This document shows, in pieces, positions 11,003-20,756 of a stretch of 64,000 nucleotides of DNA. A program made the translations under genes and the position numbers. This DNA is from Poseidonia sp. GTDB lineage: Archaea; Thermoplasmatota; Poseidoniia; Poseidoniales; Poseidoniaceae. Location of the stretch: NCBI GenBank assembly GCA_965661285.1, contig CBFIDD010000004.1, positions 163,328 through 227,327 of the forward strand, written 5' to 3'. The notes under the pieces are model-generated. The model had not been told where the DNA came from. It ran no database searches and worked only from the letters and a program-made list of their open reading frames with translations. How positions within the stretch are numbered: position 1 is the first letter of the stretch; the number at the start of each line of letters is the position of its first letter.

Positions 11003-11046
11003 TGGGTGTATTTTTGCTAAGTTTCGCGCGTGGATTTTAACGATTT

Positions 11047-12813
11047 TCACACATCACCGGTTTGTACAGACCATAATCGGGCGTAAACACCATGCAACTC
11101 AATCAGCGATTCATGCGTTCCATCTTCAACCACGTTCCCGTTCTCAAGAACCAGGATACGGTCTGCGTGGCGTACAGTGGAGAGTCGGTGGGCGATGACG
11201 ATGGCTGTTCTGTCCTTTGAGATACGTTGGATTGACCGCTGGAGAGCGGCCTCCGTTTCATTATCAACTGCTGATGTGGCTTCGTCAAGAATCAGGAGGG
11301 GGGCGTCTTTGAGCACCGCCCTTGCGATGGCAACCCGTTGCCGCTGACCGCCCGAGAGGCGATGCCCCCCTTCGCCCACCATCGTGCCCCAACCGTCCGG
11401 TAGCTCACTGACAAAGGAAGCGGCTTCAGCGATTTCCGCTGCCTTGACGACTTCGGCATCGGAAGCCGAAGGTTGGCCGTATCGTATGTTTTCCATGATG
11501 GTGGTGGGAAAGAGGGTGATGTGCTGGTCGACAAGCGCTATCGAGGAACGAAGCGCATGCAAGGTCCAAGCATCCAAAGGCTGATCACACCAGAGAATCC
11601 GTCCATCTTTGGGTTCAGCAAATCTGAGAAGAAGGCGAACGAGCGAAGTTTTTCCAGCCCCAGTCGAGCCGACAACGCCCGTGGTTTTTCCATGTTCAAA
11701 CGTGAGGGACAACCTGTCGAACAACAAATTTCGCCCTGGATAACCAAAGGAGACCTCGTCAAGTTTCAGTGAGGACGTTCGCTCACCACCCTGAGGAACA
11801 AACTCGCCTTGTTTCAATTCCACGGGCGATGCCAAGACGTCCAACACACGCGTGGATGAGGCCATGGCACGCTGGTAGAGGTCAAACGTCTCACCCAATC
11901 GTGTCAAGGGCCACAGCAAACGCTGGGTCATGAAGACCAACACCGAATAGGCGCCGACCGCCATGGTTCCTTCAAGCGTAAACCATCCACCCAACAGGAG
12001 GGTGGCCGTGAAGCCAACAAGAATGGCCATGCGAATCAACGGCGTGAAGGCTGCTGATAATCGAATAGCATCACGATTGGCGTCCCTGTAAGCGTTACTC
12101 AATTCCTCTACTCGTCGCAGTTCACTCGCCTCTGCGGTAAAGGACTGAACGGTTGACATCCCCGAGAGGTCGTTCTCGAGCAAGGCGTTCATCTGGCCAG
12201 CAGCATTTCGAACTTTGGCGTAGCGAGGCTCCAAACTACGCTGGTAGCGAAACGAGCCCCATACGATCAAAGGAATGGGGAGGACGGCAAACAACGCCAC
12301 TTCCCATGAAATTAACAAGAAAACGGCGCCAACCACCACAACGGTGGTGCTGACCTGAAGCAAATCGTTCGCCCCTTTGTCCAAAAACCGCTCCAACTGG
12401 TTGATGTCGTCGTTGAGAATGGCGAGGATATCGCCCTTCTGCCGTTCATCGAACCACACCATGCCTTGTTTCTGCACGTGGTCAAAGGTGTCCAAGCGAA
12501 GTTCGTGTTGAACGGTTTGTGCAAGGTTGCGCCACAAAACGCCGTAGAAATACTCGAACAGCGACTCGAGCCCCCATATCAAGAACGTGAGTACAGAGAG
12601 AAGGACCAATTGATGCCACGGGTCAACCACGCCCACACCCGCAAGGATGGAATCCTCCCGCAGCACAACGACATCGACTGCAAGACCGATGAGGAGCGGA
12701 GGTGCGAGGTCCCAGAATTTGTTGAAGATCGAACAAAACGCAGCCAAACGCACCGTCTTCCGATGCGGGCGCATGTAATTCAGCAGACGACGAAACGGCC
12801 CCTCATCGCCCAT
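11047..12813 (-). CDS. ABC exporter, fused TMD + ATPase (MsbA/MdlB-like)
   Basis: N-terminal TM domain; Walker A GSTGAGKT, signature LSGGQRQR, Walker B ILDEATS, IAHRLST. Confidence 0.93.
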   Translation of the reverse strand: MGDEGPFRRLLNYMRPHRKTVRLAAFCSIFNKFWDLAPPLLIGLAVDVVVLREDSILAGVGVVDPWHQLVLLSVLTFLIWGLESLFEYFYGVLWRNLAQTVQHELRLDTFDHVQKQGMVWFDERQKGDILAILNDDINQLERFLDKGANDLLQVSTTVVVVGAVFLLISWEVALFAVLPIPLIVWGSFRYQRSLEPRYAKVRNAAGQMNALLENDLSGMSTVQSFTAEASELRRVEELSNAYRDANRDAIRLSAAFTPLIRMAILVGFTATLLLGGWFTLEGTMAVGAYSVLVFMTQRLLWPLTRLGETFDLYQRAMASSTRVLDVLASPVELKQGEFVPQGGERTSSLKLDEVSFGYPGRNLLFDRLSLTFEHGKTTGVVGSTGAGKTSLVRLLLRFAEPKDGRILWCDQPLDAWTLHALRSSIALVDQHITLFPTTIMENIRYGQPSASDAEVVKAAEIAEAASFVSELPDGWGTMVGEGGHRLSGGQRQRVAIARAVLKDAPLLILDEATSAVDNETEAALQRSIQRISKDRTAIVIAHRLSTVRHADRILVLENGNVVEDGTHESLIELHGVYARLWSVQTGDV

Positions 12814-12900
12814 GGCTAGCCGAGAAGGTGGGCCCTTGAGAAGGCTCGCTCTCCATCACGTCGGGCGCAAGCCCTATGCTCCCCCCTCGCTGACCGCCCG

Positions 12901-13722
12901 ATGAGCATCATGAATGTCGGGTCGTCCACCGTGCTGGAGAAGGTATGCCGTCCTGGTCGAGGAGCTCGCCACATCACCCTCATTGACCCGGCCAAGCAAT
13001 CGGCTGAGATTGCAGCCCAGCGAGCCATGCTCGCCGTTGAATGCGGCTCAAAGATGATCTTTATCGGGGGCTCGACCGACACGCCCGACGATGTTGTTCA
13101 CGCCACCTGCACCGCGATTCAAGAGGCCTTTGAACTCCGAATGTTTGCTGCAAGCCAAGACCCGACGAGCGATGAACAGGCCTGGGACATCCCTGTCGTG
13201 CTGTTTCCGGGCGGCGCACACGCACTTTCCCCTGCTGCCGACGCCATCACGTTCATGATGTTGATGAATTCCACGAAGCGAGAATTCCTGGTGGGTGAAC
13301 AGGTTCGTGGCGCTCCTTATTTGCACAAATTTGGTGTTGAAGCGCTTCCAACAGGCTACGTTGTGTGTGCTCCGGGAGGACGTGTCGGTGAGGTTGGGGC
13401 AGCGGACTTGATTCAACCAGAAGACGGCGAACTCGTCCACGCATACGGGTTGTGCGCCAAGATGTACGGCTTTTCTTTGCTCTATCTCGAAGCGGGCAGC
13501 GGTGCCGACGTTCCCGTTCACACCGACCTCATCAAACAGGCCGCTTCGGTCGAGGGATTGACGCTCTTGGTTGGCGGCGGCCTGCGCACCGCAGAAGATG
13601 TGAGGCGCGCCGTTGAGGCCGGAGCAAACTGGATTGTGACTGGGACCATCACCGAAGACGCATCGTCAATGGAAGAACTCCGAGAACGCTTGCTTGGATT
13701 GGTTCAAGCCTGTTCGGTCTGA
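12901..13722 (+). CDS. Geranylgeranylglyceryl phosphate synthase (GGGPS/PcrB family)
   Basis: HITLIDP, IFIGGST, PVVLFPG, YLEAGSGA, LLVGGGLR, GANWIVTGT. Confidence 0.92.
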   Translation: MSIMNVGSSTVLEKVCRPGRGARHITLIDPAKQSAEIAAQRAMLAVECGSKMIFIGGSTDTPDDVVHATCTAIQEAFELRMFAASQDPTSDEQAWDIPVVLFPGGAHALSPAADAITFMMLMNSTKREFLVGEQVRGAPYLHKFGVEALPTGYVVCAPGGRVGEVGAADLIQPEDGELVHAYGLCAKMYGFSLLYLEAGSGADVPVHTDLIKQAASVEGLTLLVGGGLRTAEDVRRAVEAGANWIVTGTITEDASSMEELRERLLGLVQACSV

Positions 13723-13723
13723 T

Positions 13724-14992
13724 TCAATCTTCGTCGTCCTCGAAGATCACAGGGTCGCCCGTACCACCTGGAGATGGCGGACGAACGCCGTCAACATCCA
13801 TGCCCGGTTCTAATTCGGTTTCTTCGGTTTCCAGCGCCACCTTTTCTCCTTCAGCGAGTTTGGCCATGTCATCAGCCGTTGGGGCCTTGATGGTGCGTTC
13901 AACATCCGGAGCGTTGGCGTACAGTTCACGCTTCAATTCCCGACTCTCATGACTTCGAACCAGTGAGAGTGAATCGGCGAACACACGACCGACAACCTCT
14001 CGAGTTCGCTCACTGCGTCGGGCAGAGTGAAGTTCGTGTTCCATGGAACTGCGCTGTTCCTCCAACTCACGCAGTTCAGCTGTTCGGTCCTGAAGCGCTG
14101 CTTCCAAATCCGTCATGGTGAGGGTCATTTGTTGGATACGCTCGTCGCGCTCGAACACATCGTTGTGAAGGCGACGCTCTCGTCGACGCAGCGATTCATA
14201 TTCGCGATTACGCTCGAGCAGCCGGCGCTTTAATTCCTCGATTTGTTCAACCAGATAATCGTGCTCAGCAGAAACCGAGCGAGGGCCCTGCATGACCCGC
14301 TCGAGTTGTTCTTCAAGCTCAGCCAAACGTCGGTCCCGGGCGTCAAGCAAACCGCGCAAGCGGTCGGCGATGTCGCGAAGGCGCTGACGTTCTTCTTCGA
14401 GGGCTTCCGCAGCCGCTTTTTCAACATCGAGTTGGCGCTGACGTTCGTCCACTTGCTGTTTGAGCAAACGGACTTCCTCGGCGGTCACTGACGTCAGTCC
14501 GGCATCAGCCGCCTTTTCCAACGCCACGACCATTTGAGAGATGCGTCCTTCCATTTCCCCGATGACCTCGTCTTGTTCGGTGGTGAGCGTACGAAGTTGC
14601 TCGAGTTCGCCCTCCATGGACGAACGCTCTTGCTGTGAGAGCGAGGATTGCTGGGATGCCAACTCATCTCGAGTATCGGCGAGAAGTCGCTCGAGGTGAA
14701 TAATTTGGGCCTCGTTTTCCTTTAGCGTCTGTTCGGCTTCTGCAAGGCGGGCCACCTCAGGAGCGATGGTGTCTTGCCGATCGGCCAAGTCGAGCTCAAC
14801 CACCCTCAGTCGTTGTTTGACCGCAACCAGTTCGTCGTTGCGTTTGCCCAACTCCTTCCAGGCCACCAAGACCTCTTCGACGAGTTGTTCAACAGGGTAG
14901 CCCTTGAGCATCCCCTCAAGCGCTGCTTGTTCATCGGTGGTGGATGAACCAACACGTCGAATGCCACCGGGTGACGAACTCTCTACAGCCAT
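13724..14992 (-). CDS. Long coiled-coil protein, unknown function
   Basis: About 330 residues of E/R/L/Q-rich heptad-like sequence between short low-complexity ends; no ATPase motifs, no TM segment. ATG 14992. Confidence 0.8.
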   Translation of the reverse strand: MAVESSSPGGIRRVGSSTTDEQAALEGMLKGYPVEQLVEEVLVAWKELGKRNDELVAVKQRLRVVELDLADRQDTIAPEVARLAEAEQTLKENEAQIIHLERLLADTRDELASQQSSLSQQERSSMEGELEQLRTLTTEQDEVIGEMEGRISQMVVALEKAADAGLTSVTAEEVRLLKQQVDERQRQLDVEKAAAEALEEERQRLRDIADRLRGLLDARDRRLAELEEQLERVMQGPRSVSAEHDYLVEQIEELKRRLLERNREYESLRRRERRLHNDVFERDERIQQMTLTMTDLEAALQDRTAELRELEEQRSSMEHELHSARRSERTREVVGRVFADSLSLVRSHESRELKRELYANAPDVERTIKAPTADDMAKLAEGEKVALETEETELEPGMDVDGVRPPSPGGTGDPVIFEDDED

Positions 14993-15084
14993 ACGGCAAC
15001 GCATCGCAGATTTACCACACTTGAACCTTCCCAAGGTCGCAGGGCAGGAAAGCGGGTATTTGCTACCCTTCAGTCGTCGCCGCC

Positions 15085-16089
15085 TCAGTTGATGGCGGTG
15101 TACATGTCGTCAGGCATTTCGCTGGCGAGTTTGAGAGCGCCGGCAGCAACCGAGTTGATGGGGTCCTCAACGCACCAAACACGAACATCGCCGATGTCGG
15201 AGATTTCGTTGGCCAATCGGTCAGCGATGCCTTCGATGAGGGAACCGCCACCCGAGAGGATGATGTTGTTGCGCAGAATTTGCTGGTATTCTGGGTCGGC
15301 ACCAGCAACGTTTCGCTTAATGGCGTTTCCAATCTTGGGAATGATGAGTTCACAGGCTTCCAAAATGAGGTCGCCGATGTCAACCACCTGTCGCTTTCCG
15401 TCAACGGACAACTCCACGGTCACTTCGTGGGCTTCACCACCGACGTAGGACGATGCTTCCTTCCACTTTCGGACCATGTCTTTGGTGATTTGAGCACCGG
15501 TGTACTTCTTCTTGATGAGCTCCATCAGTTGAAGGTCCAACCAGTCACCGGCTTCGGTGATGGTGACTTGGTCTTCGTCGGTCGGGAATGTTCCGTAGAC
15601 ACGAGCGATGTCGGTGGTACCGGCACCGATGTCCACCACGATTGAGCCTGCGATTTCGTCGATGCCGTAGGCGGTGGCAAAGGGCTCGGTGACGACCATG
15701 ATGGCGTTCACTTGACCTCGTAGCGTGGCGACGAGGTTGGACTTGTCGGTAAAGGAGACGTGGCTGGGCGAACAAATCACGCCGAGAACTTCGTCGTATT
15801 CTTCGGGGTCAACGGTCTCAAGAAGATGGGAAACGAAGGCCTTTGCGGCAGCGAGGTTGGCTTCGTCATCTTGCGTGACACCGGCCGCCATGGGGCGGTA
15901 CAGGTTGCAGGCAAGCTTGTTCTTGAGCGCATCATCGCCGAACAGGACATCTCGGCCCAGGAAATTTCGTGCGACCGGGTCTTTTGGACGGCCAACAACG
16001 GTTTCGATCGTGTGCAATTTACCAGCGCTCGAGGCGATGGTCGATTGGTAGGTTCCAAGGTCAATTCCAACATACAGGCGGTCGCTCAT
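15085..16089 (-). CDS. MamK-like actin-family ATPase
   Basis: Actin-fold motifs GIDLGT, VVTEPF, VDIGAGTTDI, LSGGGSLI, plus MamK-type segments VVGRPKD, GTFPTDEDQVTITEAG, PEYQ, GALKLASEMP. SD GGAAGGTGA. Confidence 0.9.
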   Translation of the reverse strand: MSDRLYVGIDLGTYQSTIASSAGKLHTIETVVGRPKDPVARNFLGRDVLFGDDALKNKLACNLYRPMAAGVTQDDEANLAAAKAFVSHLLETVDPEEYDEVLGVICSPSHVSFTDKSNLVATLRGQVNAIMVVTEPFATAYGIDEIAGSIVVDIGAGTTDIARVYGTFPTDEDQVTITEAGDWLDLQLMELIKKKYTGAQITKDMVRKWKEASSYVGGEAHEVTVELSVDGKRQVVDIGDLILEACELIIPKIGNAIKRNVAGADPEYQQILRNNIILSGGGSLIEGIADRLANEISDIGDVRVWCVEDPINSVAAGALKLASEMPDDMYTAIN

Positions 16090-16270
16090 TTTTGTTCACC
16101 TTCCCACGTGGGATGGTCAACCGAGCATGGCACTGGCCTTCAAGGTTCACATTGGGATTTTGGAAGAGAATTCATGAAAAAACTCTTCAAAACGAGGCTT
16201 TGAACGGCACTCATCAATTAAGTCGATCATCGTTGTCGCTTTTATCGATACCCCAAAACGGACCCGTCAA

Positions 16271-19200
16271 TTAATCTCCCTCCCGTCTCCGGTTTCGAGA
16301 ACCACGTATGAACCAGGCAGTCGCCAATCCAGACAGTACTCCGAGGAAACTCCACAAAACGACTGGCGACCTTACCGCACTCGTTCTTGTGGCGTCGGGT
16401 TCCGCAGCGGTTTCGTTGGTCCCGGGGATCTCAAGATCCTTGCTCAAATCGAGTTGCAGCGATGTGGTAAATGCCGCAGGAGAAGCATTGGTTGTCTTCA
16501 ATTCAACGACCATATTGTAGCGTTCTCCTCTTTGGAGAAACGGGGGAAGGTCATCAGGTAATGTCCACAGACATTGGCTTGTGCCAGGAAGAAGATGTTC
16601 CTGAGAACACGTGAGGAGTGTGATGTTTGGAGCCGATTGGGATCGCACCAACACCGTCGAGATGTATCCATCACCGTCTGCATCCAAAACACTCCAACCA
16701 ACCGAAACCTGCCCGTCAAGGACGGAACCGTTCTCGGGGGCGAAAACCGAGGTCACCACCAACGGGTTATCATCCGGGTAGCATCCATCGCCTCGAACCG
16801 GCCAAGAGACATCCACTGTCGTACACATGTCAACATCATCGGTGATGCCGTCGCCGTCGGTATCGTCCAAGCAACCATCGTCATCGATATCGTACCCCTC
16901 AGCACCGATTTGGGGACACGCATCGTTGATGTTGGCCACACCGTCCTGGTCGTCATCGTCCAAGCAACCGTTCTGGTCTTGGTCGTCCTCGCTCGCATTC
17001 TCCATCGGACAAGCATCCATGATGTTCGAAACACCGTCTCCATCATCATCGAGATGGTCGGCTGAATCACGGTCAACCCCTTTGACAACAAGAGCGAAAC
17101 CAACAGCATCGCCGTCAAGGCCGACAGCACCGCTCATACCACCCGGTTGGACAAAGCGTGCGACGACTTCGATATCGATGAACTCAGACCCGTTGAGCAC
17201 ATCCTGCGGCAGGTTGATTCCAACCACGGTCTCGTTGGATGACGGAAAAGCGGTGCTGTTGTTGGCATCGGTTACACTCCCGAAATACGCCGTGGGCGTG
17301 CCATCGCCTTGAATTTGGTCGGGGAGGTACAACGTGCCATCATCAAGTCGAATGCGTAGTTGGACATCGTCCACCATCGCAGGCTCCGGTTGAGCAGGGA
17401 ACGCCATACGGACTCGCACTTCTTCGCCTGCTATGGGGGTCAGTCGCTGGGTGAACATCTCGCCGGTCCGTAAAAAAGGCCCAACACTCCCTGTTCCGTC
17501 CCAGCCACCGGTGTCCATTCCTGAGAGGTTTCCTGCCGTTCCACCGTTTGCGGTAAACCACGCCTCAACCGACCCTTCTGTTCGTCGGTAACTGTCATGG
17601 ACCCACATATCCGCTGATGGTGAAGTTTCCTCCTCCAGCGCGGAGGGTGAAAGCAACTGGCTGAGGTTGAGCATCCCCCATCCGTCGTAGGTGTTGTGAA
17701 GGGCATGACCGCCGTTACCACCGTTCCGTACTCCGTCGGATAACGGAGAGACCGCCATGGCAAGCGAGGCGCGCATGAGGGCGTTCGAGGGCGAAAAACC
17801 CTCACCCAGTGAGATGTGCTGCACGTCCATGTCCTCTGCCCATACAGGTTGTAAATCGGAGATGTTTTGCAATGTGAGCGGAGCGTAGGCCGGGACAATC
17901 CACCCTTGCTCATACAACTGTTGGACAATCGCGGCGGCACCGGTGGCGTGAGGCGTGGCCATGCTCGTGCCTGATGAGGAACGAAGATTGGCGTTGTTGG
18001 TGTTCCAAAACCCATCCGCGCCCGCCGATTGGATGTTCGCGCCGGGCGCGACGAGGAAGATACCGTCGGTGTTGGCTTCGGTTGGTCCATAGGCGGTTGA
18101 AACCCATCGTTCTCCACTGGTGGCCTTCGTTCCTGCGCTGACGGCCACAACGTTCCGGCCGTTTGCTGGCTCCAACACCCCTTCGCCGCTATTGCCTGGC
18201 GCAATGAATGCCAACGACCACGGCATCGCTCGCGCATAGGCATCGAAGCGTCCAGTTCGTTCCGTGTAAGCCGTCGTGTCGTCTCCCCATGAATTCGAGT
18301 GGAGGAGGGCTCCATGGTGGCTGGCTTCCCACAGCAATCGGTCGGCGTCGGGAGGCACCCAACCGTCCTGTGAGACGATGTCTTGAACCACCAGCGTCGA
18401 CGCGTATGCTAATGTTGAACCGTTGGCCGGCTTGCTGTTTTCCCGGTCGCTGTACACATCATGACACGCCAGGGAACCGATGACGTGTGTTCCATGTCGA
18501 TAGTCGCTGTGCCCCGGGGTATCGTTGTCATCGAGGCTGGTGTTCATATGCTTGATTTTCCGATGTTCTTCGCCAAAGATACCTACTGCAGGGTACACCG
18601 CTTCCGCCTCGGCATATGGGGAGGTGCTGTTCGTTGCGTTCCGAAAACAGGTGTGGTCGGCATCGATTCCGCTATCAGCAACACCGAGGACAACGCCAGA
18701 ACCGTTCAATCCAAGTTGCCAGAAAGGATGTTGAGAGGTGAATCCGTGTTCCATCAGGGAAGCAGCTTGGCCGTTGCGGCCTTGGGCTTCAAGGACGGGC
18801 TCAATCCACAGCACCCCATCGAGTTGGAGCATCCATTCCACAAGGTGAGCATCATCGACGTAGACGAACGCGGATGCCGGCACATTTCCGTAAACATCCA
18901 ATGATGCTGACAGGACATGAGCGCCACGGTGCTCAAAGGACCGCAGGAGTCGCTGGGCGGCATCTTCGGGTAATCGAGGCTCGAAGAGGATGTTGATGGC
19001 TGAAGGACCTGTTTCCAACGGAGAAATGTCTGAGCGCCATGACGCCGGATGAACGGATTCCTGCCCCACTCCTTCCGGCCAAGACGACATGGGCGTCGAC
19101 CACACCAACAAGGCATCGGACCGGACACTTCTCAACGGCTGAATGTTGTGAGAAAGCAAGCTTGACCACTTCTCGGAAGTCCACACACCGTCGGGAAGAA

Positions 19201-19315
19201 CAAGCAAGTGTTCGCCGGCCGGCAGCTCGTTGGGTTCTTCCCGGAGATCGCTGAGCGTCCATCCCGATGCAAGGGGCAAGAGGAGCATTGCCACCAGCCA
19301 CGCACCACCTCGCAT
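16271..19315 (-). CDS. Secreted, membrane-anchored S8 subtilisin-like serine protease with TSP3-like Ca-binding repeats
   Basis: Signal peptide; catalytic triad VADSGID / HGTHVIGS / SSGTSMATP; DDDGDGV/DTDGDGI repeats; C-terminal TM helix followed by a basic tail. Confidence 0.9.
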   Translation of the reverse strand: MRGGAWLVAMLLLPLASGWTLSDLREEPNELPAGEHLLVLPDGVWTSEKWSSLLSHNIQPLRSVRSDALLVWSTPMSSWPEGVGQESVHPASWRSDISPLETGPSAINILFEPRLPEDAAQRLLRSFEHRGAHVLSASLDVYGNVPASAFVYVDDAHLVEWMLQLDGVLWIEPVLEAQGRNGQAASLMEHGFTSQHPFWQLGLNGSGVVLGVADSGIDADHTCFRNATNSTSPYAEAEAVYPAVGIFGEEHRKIKHMNTSLDDNDTPGHSDYRHGTHVIGSLACHDVYSDRENSKPANGSTLAYASTLVVQDIVSQDGWVPPDADRLLWEASHHGALLHSNSWGDDTTAYTERTGRFDAYARAMPWSLAFIAPGNSGEGVLEPANGRNVVAVSAGTKATSGERWVSTAYGPTEANTDGIFLVAPGANIQSAGADGFWNTNNANLRSSSGTSMATPHATGAAAIVQQLYEQGWIVPAYAPLTLQNISDLQPVWAEDMDVQHISLGEGFSPSNALMRASLAMAVSPLSDGVRNGGNGGHALHNTYDGWGMLNLSQLLSPSALEEETSPSADMWVHDSYRRTEGSVEAWFTANGGTAGNLSGMDTGGWDGTGSVGPFLRTGEMFTQRLTPIAGEEVRVRMAFPAQPEPAMVDDVQLRIRLDDGTLYLPDQIQGDGTPTAYFGSVTDANNSTAFPSSNETVVGINLPQDVLNGSEFIDIEVVARFVQPGGMSGAVGLDGDAVGFALVVKGVDRDSADHLDDDGDGVSNIMDACPMENASEDDQDQNGCLDDDDQDGVANINDACPQIGAEGYDIDDDGCLDDTDGDGITDDVDMCTTVDVSWPVRGDGCYPDDNPLVVTSVFAPENGSVLDGQVSVGWSVLDADGDGYISTVLVRSQSAPNITLLTCSQEHLLPGTSQCLWTLPDDLPPFLQRGERYNMVVELKTTNASPAAFTTSLQLDLSKDLEIPGTNETAAEPDATRTSAVRSPVVLWSFLGVLSGLATAWFIRGSRNRRREGD

Positions 19316-19413
19316 GAACTGACGAAGTTCCCTTTTTGCCTCAATCTATCGGTGGTGTGAGCGACCGTGCCCGCGCCAGCGCGTTTAAGGATGGATGGCA
19401 GGTCGGAGGGCCG

Positions 19414-19686
19414 ATGAAGGCCTACCGAGTATCTGGAACGGCGCCCTTCGGCAGCCAACGACAGCCATTTTCGTACGATGTCCCCGCCGAGGATGCCGAG
19501 GCAGCAACAGCCAAGGTGTACTCAACACTTGGTTCCCGCCACCGTATCTCACGTCGCAAGATTAACATTGACAGCGTGAATGAAGTCGACCCGCGAACCT
19601 CTACAGAACCGGTCATTCTCCACACCTTCCGAGACGAGATTGCCGCCAAGGGCGGGCGAATTGCGCCTCAAGCAGAAGAAGAGTGA
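19414..19686 (+). CDS. rpl18a: 50S ribosomal protein eL20 (L18Ae/LX)
   Basis: MKAYRVSG...KVYSTLGSRHRISRRKINIDSV; TTTAAG box about 30 nt upstream; lies near pfdA-ftsY as in the conserved archaeal cluster. Confidence 0.88.
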   Translation: MKAYRVSGTAPFGSQRQPFSYDVPAEDAEAATAKVYSTLGSRHRISRRKINIDSVNEVDPRTSTEPVILHTFRDEIAAKGGRIAPQAEEE

Positions 19687-19716
19687 ACCTCACTGTGAGG
19701 CCAACCGGGTTAACCG

Positions 19717-20079
19717 TCACGACTCGTAGGGCCACTGCACGGCCCAGTCAAACAACGACTGCATGATCGGGCTCAGTCGTTTTCCGTGTTCACTCAATAC
19801 ATAGAGATAGGATTGGGGCGATTGAGGCTTTCTTGTCTGAACGACCAGCCCTGCCGTTCCCAATTCCTTGAGCCGTCTGGAAATGGTTGTTGATGAGGCA
19901 TTAACGCCGGACTTGATGGCCGTAAACCGAAGTGGATGCTCACTTCGGTCGAGCACCGTCAGAATGTGGAGTGATTTTGATTTGGTGATCAACTCCAACA
20001 CGTCGTCGACCTTGCCGTAGGTAGGGTCGCATGTCTCGTCGGATAGGGATGGCACGGTGTGACCAAGGTTCACATCCAA
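19717..20079 (-). CDS. HxlR-family winged-helix transcriptional regulator
   Basis: ILTVL...PLRFTAIK...STTISRRLKELGTAGLV...YVLSEHGKRLSPIMQSLFDW pattern. Confidence 0.8.
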   Translation of the reverse strand: MDVNLGHTVPSLSDETCDPTYGKVDDVLELITKSKSLHILTVLDRSEHPLRFTAIKSGVNASSTTISRRLKELGTAGLVVQTRKPQSPQSYLYVLSEHGKRLSPIMQSLFDWAVQWPYES

Positions 20080-20178
20080 ATAAAGACAAAGTCACACCAG
20101 TGGTACCTCACGACCCCCCCTTCGAAAAGTCTCAGCGGGGGCTTCTTCAACCCCAACCGACTCCGGCAGACGAAGGAC

Positions 20179-20748
20179 ATGGTTGACAGAGCCCAACTTC
20201 AACGCCTTGCGCAAGAGGTGGAGACGCTCCGCAAACGTTTGGAAGAGATCAACCTCCGCATTGAGCAGGTCGACGCTGTGCTTGCAGAACACGCCATCAC
20301 CGATGCTGTGCTTGAAACCCTTCTCGGTCGCGGTAAAGGGGCGAGCATCTCCACGCATTTGCCCATTGGTTCTGGCGTGAGTCTTCCCTATCTGCATGAA
20401 GGTGCCGAAGAAGGCCTTGCCCTGGTCGACCTTGGCTCAGGTGTGTTTGGGGAGCGACCTTGGAGCGAAACGCGGTCACTCACGCAGAAGCGCAGAGATG
20501 ACATCCAGCGCCTTCGTGACGAGTTGAAGCAACAATCTGACCAAACCGAAACCTCGCTCGGCCAAGCCGCACAGACCTTCAACAGCCTTGCTGAAACCAT
20601 CAAAAAACAAGCTGTCGCTGAGCCTGTGGCCACGACAAAAACCGAAGAGCCCGCGACTCCCGAATCAACGCCGTCCACGCCTGCTCCAGCTCCCCGCCGC
20701 TCAAGAAAGCGTGGCATGTTTGGTGGCGATTTGACGCTTGACGATTGA
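20179..20748 (+). CDS. pfdA: Prefoldin alpha subunit with C-terminal extension
   Basis: Coiled coil - beta hairpins (LPIGSGV, LVDLGSGVFGE) - coiled coil; directly upstream of ftsY. Confidence 0.75.
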   Translation: MVDRAQLQRLAQEVETLRKRLEEINLRIEQVDAVLAEHAITDAVLETLLGRGKGASISTHLPIGSGVSLPYLHEGAEEGLALVDLGSGVFGERPWSETRSLTQKRRDDIQRLRDELKQQSDQTETSLGQAAQTFNSLAETIKKQAVAEPVATTKTEEPATPESTPSTPAPAPRRSRKRGMFGGDLTLDD

Positions 20749-20756
20749 GGGATTCG

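Noticed and set aside
13724-14992. SMC/Rad50 or chemoreceptor
   Set aside because: No Walker A/B, hinge or zinc-hook motif; no MCP signalling hairpin consensus.
15085-16089. Magnetosome gene cluster / magnetotaxis
   Set aside because: Only a MamK-like gene is present; no recognisable mamB/M/E/O/P/Q or feoB. The TPR protein is far larger than MamA and about 30 kb away.
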